64,000 bases of DNA from a virus. Its lineage: Duplodnaviria > Heunggongvirae > Uroviricota > Caudoviricetes. Numbering within the stretch: position 1 is the stretch's first letter; every line of letters begins with the position of its first letter. The notes under the pieces were generated by a model, which was not told where the DNA came from, did not search any database, and saw only the letters and a program-made list of their open reading frames with translations. Positions 47,249 to 56,929 of this stretch are shown here, one piece after another. A program made the position numbers and the translations under genes. The stretch lies in IMG/VR virus record IMGVR_UViG_2693429668_000006. One strand, given 5' to 3'.

Positions 47249-48169
47249 TTATTCCTGTGCAGCAGTGACTTCTACGGTCGCTGTCGCTTTGTGGCTACCA
47301 TCTTGGGTAGTAACCTCGATTGTGGCAGTACCAGCCGCAACGCCAGTTACAACACCGGTTTCGCTATCCACCGTTGCAAACTCGGTATTTTTGGATTCCC
47401 AAGTAACGGTTTTATTTGTTGCTCCTGCCGGCTCGACATTTGCGGTCAGCTGAACAGTTTTGTTTGCCTCAACGGTTGTGCTATTTGGGTCGATTTCGAC
47501 GCCGGTAACAGCCACAACAGGCGCAGTTACTTCCACCGTTGCAGTTCCCTTTTTGCTGCCATCTTGGGAAACGATCTCAATCGTCGCAGTGCCAACTTCT
47601 ACACCAGTAACGTTCCCGCTCTGGTCTACCGTTGCCTTGTCTTCATTTTTGGAAGACCAAGTAACTGCCTTATTCGTCGCATTTGACGGCTGAACATTCG
47701 CTTTCAGACTGACTGATTTCCCTTTCTCAACAGAGGTTGAGTCTGGCGTTACCGTTACGGATTGAACGGCTACCGGATTTACGGTGACTTCCACTGACGC
47801 GGAAAGCTGGGTTTCCTGATCAGTTGCGGTAATTTTCACTTTGCCTGGTGCTACGCCAGTTACTAATCCAGTGCCGTTGACGGTTGCAATTTGATCATTG
47901 GCTGACTTCCAGGTGAATGAACTGGCACTCTTACCCATAGTAATACCTGCACTAAGTTGAACAGTTTTCCCAACCAAAACTGACGGTGAAGCCGGGGTTA
48001 TGTTTACGGATTGGGAGAAGGGAACCGCCTGCAAACAAGCAGATAGCTGACTTTGTTGTCGCTCGGTTAAAGGTTCATCGGAGATAGAATTGGTAAATCC
48101 GGCACGGCACATATGCCCCGTAAAATCCGAAAATGCCTCTTCCGTAATCTTCATCTTTTGTTCTGGCAT
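47249..48169 (-). CDS. Ig-like (Big_2) domain protein, probable capsid decoration protein
   Basis: 306 aa; three tandem Big_2-like repeats (VTVTP..V..G....L.A.V.P..AT.K.VTW.S.N...ATVD..G.VTGV..G.ATI); immediately after major capsid gene. Confidence 0.6.
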   Translation of the reverse strand: MPEQKMKITEEAFSDFTGHMCRAGFTNSISDEPLTERQQSQLSACLQAVPFSQSVNITPASPSVLVGKTVQLSAGITMGKSASSFTWKSANDQIATVNGTGLVTGVAPGKVKITATDQETQLSASVEVTVNPVAVQSVTVTPDSTSVEKGKSVSLKANVQPSNATNKAVTWSSKNEDKATVDQSGNVTGVEVGTATIEIVSQDGSKKGTATVEVTAPVVAVTGVEIDPNSTTVEANKTVQLTANVEPAGATNKTVTWESKNTEFATVDSETGVVTGVAAGTATIEVTTQDGSHKATATVEVTAAQE

Positions 48170-48178
48170 TTCTCGCTC

Positions 48179-48208
48179 CTACAAAAAGGGTGGGCGTATA
48201 GCCCACCC
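48179..48208 (-). terminator. rho-independent terminator directly after the major capsid protein gene
   Basis: Stem GGGTGGGC-gtata-GCCCACCC (48188-48208); on minus strand followed by CCTTTTTGT, then SD and decoration gene start. Confidence 0.55.
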
Positions 48209-48242
48209 TTTAACATAGATAATTACTTATCTACTTCACTGA

Positions 48243-49118
48243 TTAAATTTTTACATTGGTCAGTGCAGCGATAGCCTTATCGTGCTTATTCGCCAGAGAG
48301 CAGTACCACTTCACACGGGTACGTACTGCGTCTTTGTTCTGTACAGTACCAATGTTTTCAACAACGATACCTGCGTTGTCGCCGCCATACAGACCAGTAA
48401 CGCCGTTCTCTTCTGACAGATGCAGGCAGTAGATGCTTGCTTTGCCAGAATCGGTCGGGATGAAGTCGTTGATGATGAACGGAACGCCGTTATGACACAG
48501 CATCGGACGACCGAAGTTCTCCATCATGATTTCAGACGGACCTACGTTTACTGTACGCAGCAGCGCACGGTAAGCACGCAGGTGCTCTGAACGCATCATG
48601 ATGCAGTCAGCACCAAGATCTTTCACCGCATCGACCAGTTCGTCGAACATAGAGAAAGTCATAGATGCACCGGCGATATCGATCTTCTGATCTGCGTGCA
48701 TCAGGCGTGGAATGCCGTCAAACGCCTTGTTGTTGGAGCTGGAGTCACCCAAAATCAGGTTGCGACGGAACGCACGAGCCAGACCTTTAACTTTCTGACG
48801 AACCTGAATAGCCAACTGGTTGTTGGTGTCGGCCATAGTGGTCGCCAGGAATTTATCAACGTCTACGTCACCAGCCAGAATACGCAGTTTCGCAACGCAT
48901 TCTTCGAAGGTTGCTGCACCTTCAGGGATGGTGTCGTTAACGTCGATGAAGGTAGCTTCACTCAGCGTTTTTTCACGGTTGTACAGATATGCCTTTGAAT
49001 TAATTTTCATAAAAGGCAGGATGGCAAACAGGTCATCGCGATCGATGATAGTTTCGATCACACCCTGTTCAAGTTCGTTGTTAGACAGCTTTTCAGCTTC
49101 TTCACGCAGTAATGGCAT
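48243..49118 (-). CDS. major capsid protein
   Basis: 291 aa; follows scaffold gene and precedes terminator plus decoration gene; assignment by synteny. Confidence 0.65.
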   Translation of the reverse strand: MPLLREEAEKLSNNELEQGVIETIIDRDDLFAILPFMKINSKAYLYNREKTLSEATFIDVNDTIPEGAATFEECVAKLRILAGDVDVDKFLATTMADTNNQLAIQVRQKVKGLARAFRRNLILGDSSSNNKAFDGIPRLMHADQKIDIAGASMTFSMFDELVDAVKDLGADCIMMRSEHLRAYRALLRTVNVGPSEIMMENFGRPMLCHNGVPFIINDFIPTDSGKASIYCLHLSEENGVTGLYGGDNAGIVVENIGTVQNKDAVRTRVKWYCSLANKHDKAIAALTNVKI

Positions 49119-49143
49119 CTATCAATTCCCTTTGATTTAGATG

Positions 49144-50031
49144 TTACTTAAGTCCAATTTTCCCCAGACCGGAGGCCAACTTATCCATAGTCGACTTGTT
49201 CTTCGGTTGGGATATTGTGTAGGTCGATTTGGAATGTGAGCCTACACCCTGCTTGGCTTCGCTACGCATCAATGCGTCAGCTTCCGGATCTGCCCGCACA
49301 ATGCGTTCAATCGCGGATTCAAACGGCAACGGCTTACCTTCACCGTCAACCAGAACAGCTCGTTCTTTGTGACCTGCCGGTTTGTCATAACCCACTACGC
49401 TACCGTCTTCACCCACTTCAAAATGAGAACCGTAGATCACGCGGGCTTTTGCCGGGGTCATCAGAACTTTGTCACGTAGGAAGAGAGAGTTACTGAAGGA
49501 AGCGCCCACGGTCATCTCGACTAATTGAGATTTCAGTGATGCGTTTTCACTTTCCAGTGCTGCATAACGTTCGTCACGCTGTGCCAGCTCTGCCTGGTGT
49601 GCTTCGATCATCTGTTTTTTAACAGCATCGAACTCACCACGACGCTCCAGTTCAGCTTGCTCCGCCTCACGACGTGCGTTTTCTGCGGCCTGTTCAGCTT
49701 CTAAAAGCTGGCGAGCACGAGCCGGATCGATATCACCGTACTGAGCAAGCTGATCGGCCAATGTGCGCTCTTTCTCTTTGCGCTTCATGTTCTCCTTCAG
49801 CAGTTCAGCACCAGCTTTCTTGGTTTTACGAAGTTCGGCCAGTAACTCTTCCTGAGTCATGCCAGCGTATTCGTCATCGCCCTTCGGCTGCTCTTTTTGT
49901 TCACCCTGTTTGTCAGGATCTTGTGTACTCTGCTCATTATCAGCAGCTACACCGCCAGCGCCTCCACGCTCATGCGCTTCAGCGACATCCATCAGACCAC
50001 GACGGGCCAAAAGCATTTGCCACAGATTCAT
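49144..50031 (-). CDS. capsid scaffolding protein
   Basis: 295 aa; E/A/Q/R-rich coiled-coil core (QLLEAEQAAENARREAEQAELERR); between portal and capsid genes. Confidence 0.65.
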   Translation of the reverse strand: MNLWQMLLARRGLMDVAEAHERGGAGGVAADNEQSTQDPDKQGEQKEQPKGDDEYAGMTQEELLAELRKTKKAGAELLKENMKRKEKERTLADQLAQYGDIDPARARQLLEAEQAAENARREAEQAELERRGEFDAVKKQMIEAHQAELAQRDERYAALESENASLKSQLVEMTVGASFSNSLFLRDKVLMTPAKARVIYGSHFEVGEDGSVVGYDKPAGHKERAVLVDGEGKPLPFESAIERIVRADPEADALMRSEAKQGVGSHSKSTYTISQPKNKSTMDKLASGLGKIGLK

Positions 50032-50052
50032 AAAAATTCCTTTTGTTACTTA

Positions 50053-51627
50053 TCACTCGTTCTCTTGAGTAGATGAGTCCCCATTCCCTCGGGGTTGATC
50101 TTGCCCGCTTTCTTGGGCTGCACCACGATCATAGGTAAGTACTGACTTATTTTCAAGGGTATTTAGATCATTTTTTGGAGGAAAATTCAAGAGATCTTTA
50201 TCAAATTCCTTTTTCATCGCCTCAGTAATGTTCGGGAAAATCTTCTCAATAAGCATTTCCATCTGGTGACGACGTACAGAGTCCGGTGCCTGAAGTAATG
50301 ACAGTTTCTCGGCAACAGAAAATTCATCAGTAAGGCCACGAATATCGAAACTTTCTGGATATGCAATTAAAGAGTGGTCTTCGTCCAGATCTACCCCCAT
50401 CCATTTCGCAACCAGTAGCATGATTTGGCGTTCAGCCCTTTCCAGACGCTCTGCTTTTGTGACAAGCAAGCTATTTACACGCTGGAAGTCATACATTTTT
50501 GCGGCACCAGATGAATTATCGATTCCCTGTGCGTTGTCCTGCTTCGTTCGCTCACCAGCTACACCAACTGAATGGTAGATTTCGTTAATCACCGTCTTAA
50601 TCGTAGTGATGATCATCTGAGCTTGTTTCGGGTCTGGTGACAGATAAAACGGCTGGTTTCCACCTTCAGAATCGTAGGTGAAGACTCGCTTTGTGCCCAT
50701 TTCAAGCACTTTAGTGTGGTTTTCATCACCAGGTAAAAGCGACTGTACCGGTATAGCCAACTGGCTAAATGTCTGATCCTGAATAATGGCATCAAGGTTT
50801 GACAGATAGTTTGCAACCGCACGATCAAGATAAGCGATATCATCGATCAACGATGGGCTGAAATACGGTGATTCACTTTCTCCAATACAATCAACAGGAA
50901 ACACAGGAACTACGCCGAGATTATGCTCACCGCTATCCTCTAAAATAACTTTTGCCTGACGGCGACCTGCTCCACCAGCGCCCTTCTTCACTTCCTCACG
51001 GAACAGATACCACTCGTTTTGTGTCCACAGACGATAACGTTGGTATTCCTGACCTGTAGAAGTAAAAGGATCTGCGTCATCACGAGCGACTTCCACAATT
51101 AACGCCCACAACATATTCCCGTCGTCGTCCCATGCCACATCCAGCATTTGCTGAGGTGAAATCCAGTAGGCGTAGGCGCGAGCATCTTTCTTTTTCTCGT
51201 CAGCTACTGACTCAACATCACCACTCATCGTGCTATCGACAACAACCCATATGCGACCGTAAATAGACGACTGCAAATCAATAGCGGCCATAAATGAGTC
51301 AATAGAGGCATTCTGGCGAGTCGCACGTTTCCAGAAATTGCGGATCTGCTCTGGTGCCTCTTCGATATTTCTATGAATGTCTTCTTTAAAGAGATATTTG
51401 TTGATGAGGTTTACCACCTCACGAGTGTGGTTGAAGCGATAAGCACGTTCAACTCGCTCCTTAAACTCCTGATCTCCCTCTTTAAAGTAACGAAAGATAT
51501 TGTCTGTAAACCAACCACGCCCGCCAGCGTAAGTGCTGGCGAGGAAGTCCCAATGTTCTTTTTTCTTTTCGTATTCCGGGTGGCGTCGCGCCACCAGATC
51601 CTTAATTTGTTTGTCGTTCAATTCCAT
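50053..51627 (-). CDS. portal protein
   Basis: 524 aa; immediately downstream of terminase large subunit; acidic C-terminus. Confidence 0.75.
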   Translation of the reverse strand: MELNDKQIKDLVARRHPEYEKKKEHWDFLASTYAGGRGWFTDNIFRYFKEGDQEFKERVERAYRFNHTREVVNLINKYLFKEDIHRNIEEAPEQIRNFWKRATRQNASIDSFMAAIDLQSSIYGRIWVVVDSTMSGDVESVADEKKKDARAYAYWISPQQMLDVAWDDDGNMLWALIVEVARDDADPFTSTGQEYQRYRLWTQNEWYLFREEVKKGAGGAGRRQAKVILEDSGEHNLGVVPVFPVDCIGESESPYFSPSLIDDIAYLDRAVANYLSNLDAIIQDQTFSQLAIPVQSLLPGDENHTKVLEMGTKRVFTYDSEGGNQPFYLSPDPKQAQMIITTIKTVINEIYHSVGVAGERTKQDNAQGIDNSSGAAKMYDFQRVNSLLVTKAERLERAERQIMLLVAKWMGVDLDEDHSLIAYPESFDIRGLTDEFSVAEKLSLLQAPDSVRRHQMEMLIEKIFPNITEAMKKEFDKDLLNFPPKNDLNTLENKSVLTYDRGAAQESGQDQPRGNGDSSTQENE

Positions 51628-51653
51628 TTGAATAACCTTAGATAATTACTTAC

Positions 51654-52910
51654 CTATCGAGAACCACCAAGAATAACACGGTTTTTGACTGGATACCTAC
51701 GATGTACTGGATAGCCCAATGCGTCTGCACTATGCTCAATGCCACCTGTCTTATCCATATCTCGTGTTCCAGGCTTGTAGATGACTTTTTCCAGTGAATC
51801 AATCAAATGCTTGCACTTCGGATCGATATACAGCCGGATATCTCCAGATGCGGTCATCAGCATTCGGTTAACAGCATTAACACGATCCGCAATTGGCGGG
51901 TGCTTTTTCGAATAATCGACACGTAAGAATCCCTTCTCTTTGAATATGTCGACGTCAGACTCCCCGCGAGCATGTTGGCGATAAGCACCTGCCGGATCTG
52001 GAAATACCGTTATCTGTGATTTCCAGCGCCAGAAGCGTCTCTCAAGCTCATCACAAACCTCTGCCGTGTTAGAGGAAAAGAGCACCAATTCATCAATTGC
52101 CCATAGCTCACCATTTGGCTGAGGTTGCAAAATTACTGAAGACATCGGGTCAATGTTGAAGTCCTGCCCTACCCATATAGGCAACCGAGGGTTGAACTGA
52201 AGCGGTTTTACATGCACGTTACGATCGAACGGGTAGTAAACGCGCCCGGACATGTTCTCAAAGCTCGCCAGGTACTCCTGAGCGAACGATTTCGGGTCCA
52301 TATCGTTCTTAGCAGCTTCAATTTCCGCCGTAGGTACAAACGGAGAATCGGCAGTTACAAACTGCCAGCTCTTCCACTGTCCCTTTCTTTGCAGCTCTAC
52401 GTTCTGGCCTATAGTCCACAGTTTGTGAAATTCCGAGAAGCCTTTTGGCGTACCAATGATCAGTGCACCGCCGCGTGTCGATGAAAGAGTAGGTCGTAAC
52501 ACCTTGTACCAGGTGTCAGCCTTCATATCCTGAAATTCATCAAGCACTACAAAATGCAACGCTACGCCGCGCAGAGTGTCAGGCTTATCAGCACCTTTGA
52601 GGGCGATCTCCGAACCGTTCTTCAACACGATTGTCATCGTGGTGTCGTTCTTTTTCCTAACCCACTTACGAGGCAGAACTTCCTGTAGATCGTCCCACAA
52701 AATCTGGCGAGCCATCTGGTAAGTAGGAGCGACATACCAGACTCTTTGCTTTTTTTCCTTTGCCGCCGCACGAATAATAGTGGAGATCGACAACCGGGAT
52801 TTTCCCCAGCGTCGACCAGCACAAACAACTTTAAATCGATGCGGAGACTGGAAGACTTTCATCTGTCCAGAATGCAGTTGCACAAGACTGAGCGAGGACG
52901 GGATTGCCAT
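51654..52910 (-). CDS. terminase large subunit
   Basis: 418 aa; N-terminal Walker A VVCAGRRWGKS, Walker B-like LHFVVLDEFQD, C-terminal nuclease region. Confidence 0.85.
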   Translation of the reverse strand: MAIPSSLSLVQLHSGQMKVFQSPHRFKVVCAGRRWGKSRLSISTIIRAAAKEKKQRVWYVAPTYQMARQILWDDLQEVLPRKWVRKKNDTTMTIVLKNGSEIALKGADKPDTLRGVALHFVVLDEFQDMKADTWYKVLRPTLSSTRGGALIIGTPKGFSEFHKLWTIGQNVELQRKGQWKSWQFVTADSPFVPTAEIEAAKNDMDPKSFAQEYLASFENMSGRVYYPFDRNVHVKPLQFNPRLPIWVGQDFNIDPMSSVILQPQPNGELWAIDELVLFSSNTAEVCDELERRFWRWKSQITVFPDPAGAYRQHARGESDVDIFKEKGFLRVDYSKKHPPIADRVNAVNRMLMTASGDIRLYIDPKCKHLIDSLEKVIYKPGTRDMDKTGGIEHSADALGYPVHRRYPVKNRVILGGSR

Positions 52911-53542
52911 TATTCGTCCTCCCCTTCACTTCCATCATCTGTCGCATCAAATTCGCTTAGAGCTTCTTCTTCCAACGTCTCAAGCAATTCGTCATCGATG
53001 ATTTCAGGCTCGTCGTCTTCCTGACGTAATTTCGCCACCTGGGAAGGCGTAAGCTCACCAAATACCAGGTTCGGAATTTCTTCCTCGTCATTTTCCGCAT
53101 GATCCATGCCCAATGCTTTGGACGAAACTTCAAAGCATTTTGCAAGGGTATTACTGGCTCTCTGTAAGCTCTTGAGAGAATCCTCAATCGCCCCTAAAGG
53201 CTTACCCTCACGTTTGGCCGTAGTGACTTCGACCATCACCATCTGCCCCAACGCATACGCCCAGCCGTCATAACGTGTACGACGTTCTTCTATCTTTTCC
53301 GCACGGGCTTTAGCGCGAAGCTCTGCGTCAGATTTAAGAGACTCACGAACCATCTTCCCAACAGAGTCCGCGCCTTTCTCTAATCCTCGCTTTTTGAAAT
53401 GTCTGGAGAGTGTTTCACGACGAATGCCGTACTCTTCCTCCAGCTTTGAGAGTGTATATTCGCCTGACGTCCATTTGGCTTCAGCTTCGGCCCACTCCGC
53501 TGGTGTCAGGCGAGTTTTTACCTCGTCTTTTTCGACCGTCAT
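52910..53542 (-). CDS. terminase small subunit candidate
   Basis: 210 aa; HTH-like N-terminal segment, highly acidic C-terminal tail; 1-nt overlap with large subunit start. Confidence 0.55.
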   Translation of the reverse strand: MTVEKDEVKTRLTPAEWAEAEAKWTSGEYTLSKLEEEYGIRRETLSRHFKKRGLEKGADSVGKMVRESLKSDAELRAKARAEKIEERRTRYDGWAYALGQMVMVEVTTAKREGKPLGAIEDSLKSLQRASNTLAKCFEVSSKALGMDHAENDEEEIPNLVFGELTPSQVAKLRQEDDEPEIIDDELLETLEEEALSEFDATDDGSEGEDE

Positions 53543-53655
53543 AGATCCCTCTAAAACACACAGAGCGCGTCCATGCGCTCTAAAACAACTTGTTTACTGC
53601 ATCTGCTAACCAACTTGTTTTCTGGGGTGTTTAATTAGGTCTGGCATGTCTTACG

Positions 53656-53714
53656 AAGCCTGCTTCCGTATATATTTAATAAGTTACTTATTATTTATAT
53701 ATACAGATGCAGGT
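53656..53714. promoter_or_regulatory. 59-bp near-perfect palindrome, inverted near-identical copy of 21541-21599
   Basis: GCCTGCTTCCGTATATATTTAATAAGTTACTTATTATTTATATATACAGATGCAGGTC; about 55/59 identical to reverse complement of 21541-21599. Confidence 0.55.
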
Positions 53715-53737
53715 CTTTAAATAAGCTCCCAGACCGA

Positions 53738-54004
53738 TTACATCACCAGTAACTTCGCTTTGGCTCGACCTAAAGTGGTTAACCCAAGAGTCCGGCGGTG
53801 ATAGCGATTGTCACTGCGTTGGCGCGTATGCCCTTTCTCCACCAGCCCCTTTTTTATCAGAGCGCGAATTGAGAACTGGATACTTTGCTTGGTTGTCTTG
53901 TACGGCAAAACTTCAAGCAATTCGTCCAGGTCAAGTAGATGACCTCGCTCATAACCGAGATTGAGCGTTTTGATGATGTCCTTTTGTTTGTCGGTTAACG
54001 TCAT
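53738..54004 (-). CDS. small basic putative DNA-binding protein (winged-helix-like)
   Basis: 88 aa; last gene of the ParB/ABC operon, 10-nt gap from upstream gene. Confidence 0.4.
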   Translation of the reverse strand: MTLTDKQKDIIKTLNLGYERGHLLDLDELLEVLPYKTTKQSIQFSIRALIKKGLVEKGHTRQRSDNRYHRRTLGLTTLGRAKAKLLVM

Positions 54005-54013
54005 GGCAAATCC

Positions 54014-54904
54014 TTATGCCGGTAAAGCAATTTCTAACGGTTTATCCAAAGGTTGTTTGTCGAATGCCAGCAGTGGCAGCGTGTCAGGCAGTCGACGGCC
54101 AAAGTCAGGGTTTCGGTACACACCATACAACGGAGACGTAAAGCTCAGGTTGTGAATGTCCTTGAGCAGCTTCACAATGCTGGCCTCGTCCACCAGACTG
54201 TCGGCAATGTCCTGAATCGTCGTGCCACGATTCCGCCCAGCTTTTGCCAGGGAACTGTTCTTATGGTAGTCCGCCACCAAATCGCGCAGCGCACGGCGAC
54301 GACGAGACTCGCTCATAGCGAACAACTCTTTGACGATCGCCTCGTTATCACCCGGGTCGGAGCGGAAATGGCGCTGGAACACACGCAGTGCACTTTCATA
54401 GCTCTTCGGTCGCTCAGGGCGGATGAACTTAAACCCTGCTTTCATGGCGAAGGGATTGTATTTGCTCATCGAGGACTGGATCTCAATGATTGGCCGGTCA
54501 TGCATCCTGCTAACCAGGTTAATCATTCTATAAGAGACGCCTACGCCACGATACTGAGTATCCACAACTGAGCGACTGATCACCGCAAAGTTGTTATTCA
54601 CGTACCGACCCCAGTACTGGTTAGCCACGGTGGTATTAGTGGTTGGTTTCAACTTAGGAAACATGCGGTGGCGAGGTGCCAACAGTAGTTTCGGGTAAGC
54701 CATAACCACGACGCCCACCAGACGGTCATCAAGTTCGCAGCGATAGTAAGTTGGCGCGAAAGGTTTGCCGTCTGTTTTGTAGTGAAGCGACTTAAGAGCG
54801 TGCCAGTCCTCTACAGTTCCCTTTGTAACAGTCATTCGCTCCAGAAAGTCCAGATGACGCGGAAACTCTTCAGGGCGGTAGCGTTTAATGATGATGTCCG
54901 TCAT
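54014..54904 (-). CDS. GNAT-like acetyltransferase-fold protein with C-terminal extension
   Basis: 296 aa; GNAT motif A-like VVDTQYRGVGVSYRMINLV and terminal strand AMKAGFKFIR; ATGA-coupled to ABC ATPase gene. Confidence 0.5.
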   Translation of the reverse strand: MTDIIIKRYRPEEFPRHLDFLERMTVTKGTVEDWHALKSLHYKTDGKPFAPTYYRCELDDRLVGVVVMAYPKLLLAPRHRMFPKLKPTTNTTVANQYWGRYVNNNFAVISRSVVDTQYRGVGVSYRMINLVSRMHDRPIIEIQSSMSKYNPFAMKAGFKFIRPERPKSYESALRVFQRHFRSDPGDNEAIVKELFAMSESRRRRALRDLVADYHKNSSLAKAGRNRGTTIQDIADSLVDEASIVKLLKDIHNLSFTSPLYGVYRNPDFGRRLPDTLPLLAFDKQPLDKPLEIALPA

Positions 54905-55566
54905 GAATGGACCTCATCATGACTACCATTGTGATATTCCACCTTCACGCGTTCTTTGTAGTGCTTGGTGATCTGCATATCAGGGCGCAGCGCGTTCTTC
55001 AGGTCTTCGTGAGTCGTCGCCACCATTACCGTCGCACCAACCTTTCGAGCGGCACGCTGGAGGTTAGACGCCACAACCTGAGCGGTTACACGGTCGAGAA
55101 CAGCGCCGAACTCGTCAGCAGCCCATACTTTAGCGCCTGACTCAATCAGTTTGGCAATCTTGAGACGATATTTCTGGCCGTCTGACATTTCAGAAGGCTT
55201 GCGAACAAACAGATATGCATCGTTCAGACCAGCCATAGATAACAACCCAAGCGCATCACTGGTCGTTTTGCCCAACTGATCGATGACGTTAACCTCATTA
55301 TCGAAGGTAAAATCATCGATGGAGGCTACAGACAGCCCTTCATCCTTCATCTGTCGTTGCAACTCGCGCAGCACAACGGATTTGCCGGAACCGGATTGGC
55401 CGGTGATGTACACCACATCGCCCTGCTTCACTTCCAGCTCCAGATTGTCGTAAAGCGTCCACTCTTTTTCGTCCAGGCCAAGCCCGAACGACTCAGCGAT
55501 TTCCAACGTGCGCGTGGTTTTATTTACGCGTGTCTGAAACGATACGTTGATGATGTATTTGCTCAT
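54901..55566 (-). CDS. stand-alone ABC-type ATPase (nucleotide-binding domain only)
   Basis: 221 aa; Walker A GQSGSGKS, signature-like MSDGQKYRLKIA, Walker B VWAADEFGAVLD, H-loop TTHE; no permease gene adjacent. Confidence 0.75.
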   Translation of the reverse strand: MSKYIINVSFQTRVNKTTRTLEIAESFGLGLDEKEWTLYDNLELEVKQGDVVYITGQSGSGKSVVLRELQRQMKDEGLSVASIDDFTFDNEVNVIDQLGKTTSDALGLLSMAGLNDAYLFVRKPSEMSDGQKYRLKIAKLIESGAKVWAADEFGAVLDRVTAQVVASNLQRAARKVGATVMVATTHEDLKNALRPDMQITKHYKERVKVEYHNGSHDEVHS

Positions 55567-56264
55567 GCAGCCATCTCCCCGGAAGAGATCTTCTCCGCAT
55601 ATGCCACAAATGCGTCTACCCCGCTTTCTCCCGTCATTTCTTCCATATGGGCAAGCAAATCACCAACAACAATGGCAGAGCCAGCAGGGAGCGTTTTAAA
55701 GCCCAATACGTCGACAACACGTACTTCTTCCGCTGCAACTTCACGACTGATCTCGGTGTGTTCATCCTTCTGTCGTTTAGTTTCTTCGCCAAGATCGATA
55801 ACTAGCGAGTCGGTGTCCATTTCTTCTGTCATACTGCCAACGAGAACATTCAACTCACGCTCTTCAAAGCCGAAAACCTCGATATCGTCCAGAACAAGCG
55901 ACTCAAGCTCTTTCTGTAGCTTAATTGCATCGTAATCAATGCTGGCAAGTCGGTTATCTTCAAGGCGCTTCGCACGAACCTCGTCATCACTGAGATCATC
56001 GCGAACAATAACCGGTACGCGCTCAAGTCCAGCAAAAATTGCAGCCTCACGGCGGCCGTGGCCAGTAATAATTACGTCGTTCTTATCGACCGTAATTGGC
56101 TGGTCAAATCCGCGCTTTTTAATGGCTGCGGCTAGATCTCGGATCTGCTGTTCATCATGCTTTTTGGCATTCATCTCATAGGGAATAAGATCTGCCGGGT
56201 CGCGATATACGATTTCAAACTTTTTGGTCATTACATACGCTCCTTGTAGTAGTCGACCAGCCAC
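55563..56264 (-). CDS. ParB-like nuclease-domain protein (ParB/Srx fold)
   Basis: 233 aa; ParB N-domain motif IITGHGRREAA; acidic C-terminal half. Confidence 0.7.
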   Translation of the reverse strand: MAGRLLQGAYVMTKKFEIVYRDPADLIPYEMNAKKHDEQQIRDLAAAIKKRGFDQPITVDKNDVIITGHGRREAAIFAGLERVPVIVRDDLSDDEVRAKRLEDNRLASIDYDAIKLQKELESLVLDDIEVFGFEERELNVLVGSMTEEMDTDSLVIDLGEETKRQKDEHTEISREVAAEEVRVVDVLGFKTLPAGSAIVVGDLLAHMEEMTGESGVDAFVAYAEKISSGEMAA

Positions 56265-56929
56265 ACCAGAGCCTCACCAGCGTTCTCCATTTCATTACCG
56301 GTGTTAATAGCCTGCTCTTTGATGATGTTTTTTATGGTTTCTGCAACACGATCTGACGCATCGAAAGTTACTTTGAAGCGCATGGTCTGATGTTCCGCAC
56401 CCACACGTTCGGTTTTCTCTCGTTTGTCGGTATCGACAGGCTCATCACTACCACGAGACAACGCCTCCAGTGCTTCAAGGTCGATTGCCGCCTCTTTTGC
56501 TAAAACCATCGAGATTTCGTCGTCATACGGAGCGATTTCAGACAGTTGATAGTCAAGTTCTGACTGAATTTCTTCAATGAAGCGTTGCAATGCGATTTGG
56601 TCGTCTTCACCGTATCGCTCGTTGTCCACCAGTGACATCTGTTTAGCTACGACATCGCTAATTTTGCCCACAGAAAGCACCGGAACCGTTGAAATTCCTT
56701 GCTCAATAGCAGCACGCCAGCGATGTTCGCCGCCGAGGATTTCAAAAAATCCATCTTCAAGTTCACGAGCCAAAATTGGCTTAAAAAAGCCCAATTTTTC
56801 GATAGAACCTTTCAGTTTTTCAAAATTCTGCGCACCAACCGAATTGGTGTTCCAGGTATTCGGGCGAAGGTTGGCAACATCAACCTGCAAAATCGTGATT
56901 TTTACATCCATTTTATTGCTACAATCCAC
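56231..56929 (-). CDS. ParB-like nuclease-domain protein (second paralog)
   Basis: 232 aa; ParB N-domain motif ILGGEHRWRAA; overlaps downstream paralog by 34 nt. Confidence 0.7.
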   Translation of the reverse strand: MDCSNKMDVKITILQVDVANLRPNTWNTNSVGAQNFEKLKGSIEKLGFFKPILARELEDGFFEILGGEHRWRAAIEQGISTVPVLSVGKISDVVAKQMSLVDNERYGEDDQIALQRFIEEIQSELDYQLSEIAPYDDEISMVLAKEAAIDLEALEALSRGSDEPVDTDKREKTERVGAEHQTMRFKVTFDASDRVAETIKNIIKEQAINTGNEMENAGEALVWLVDYYKERM

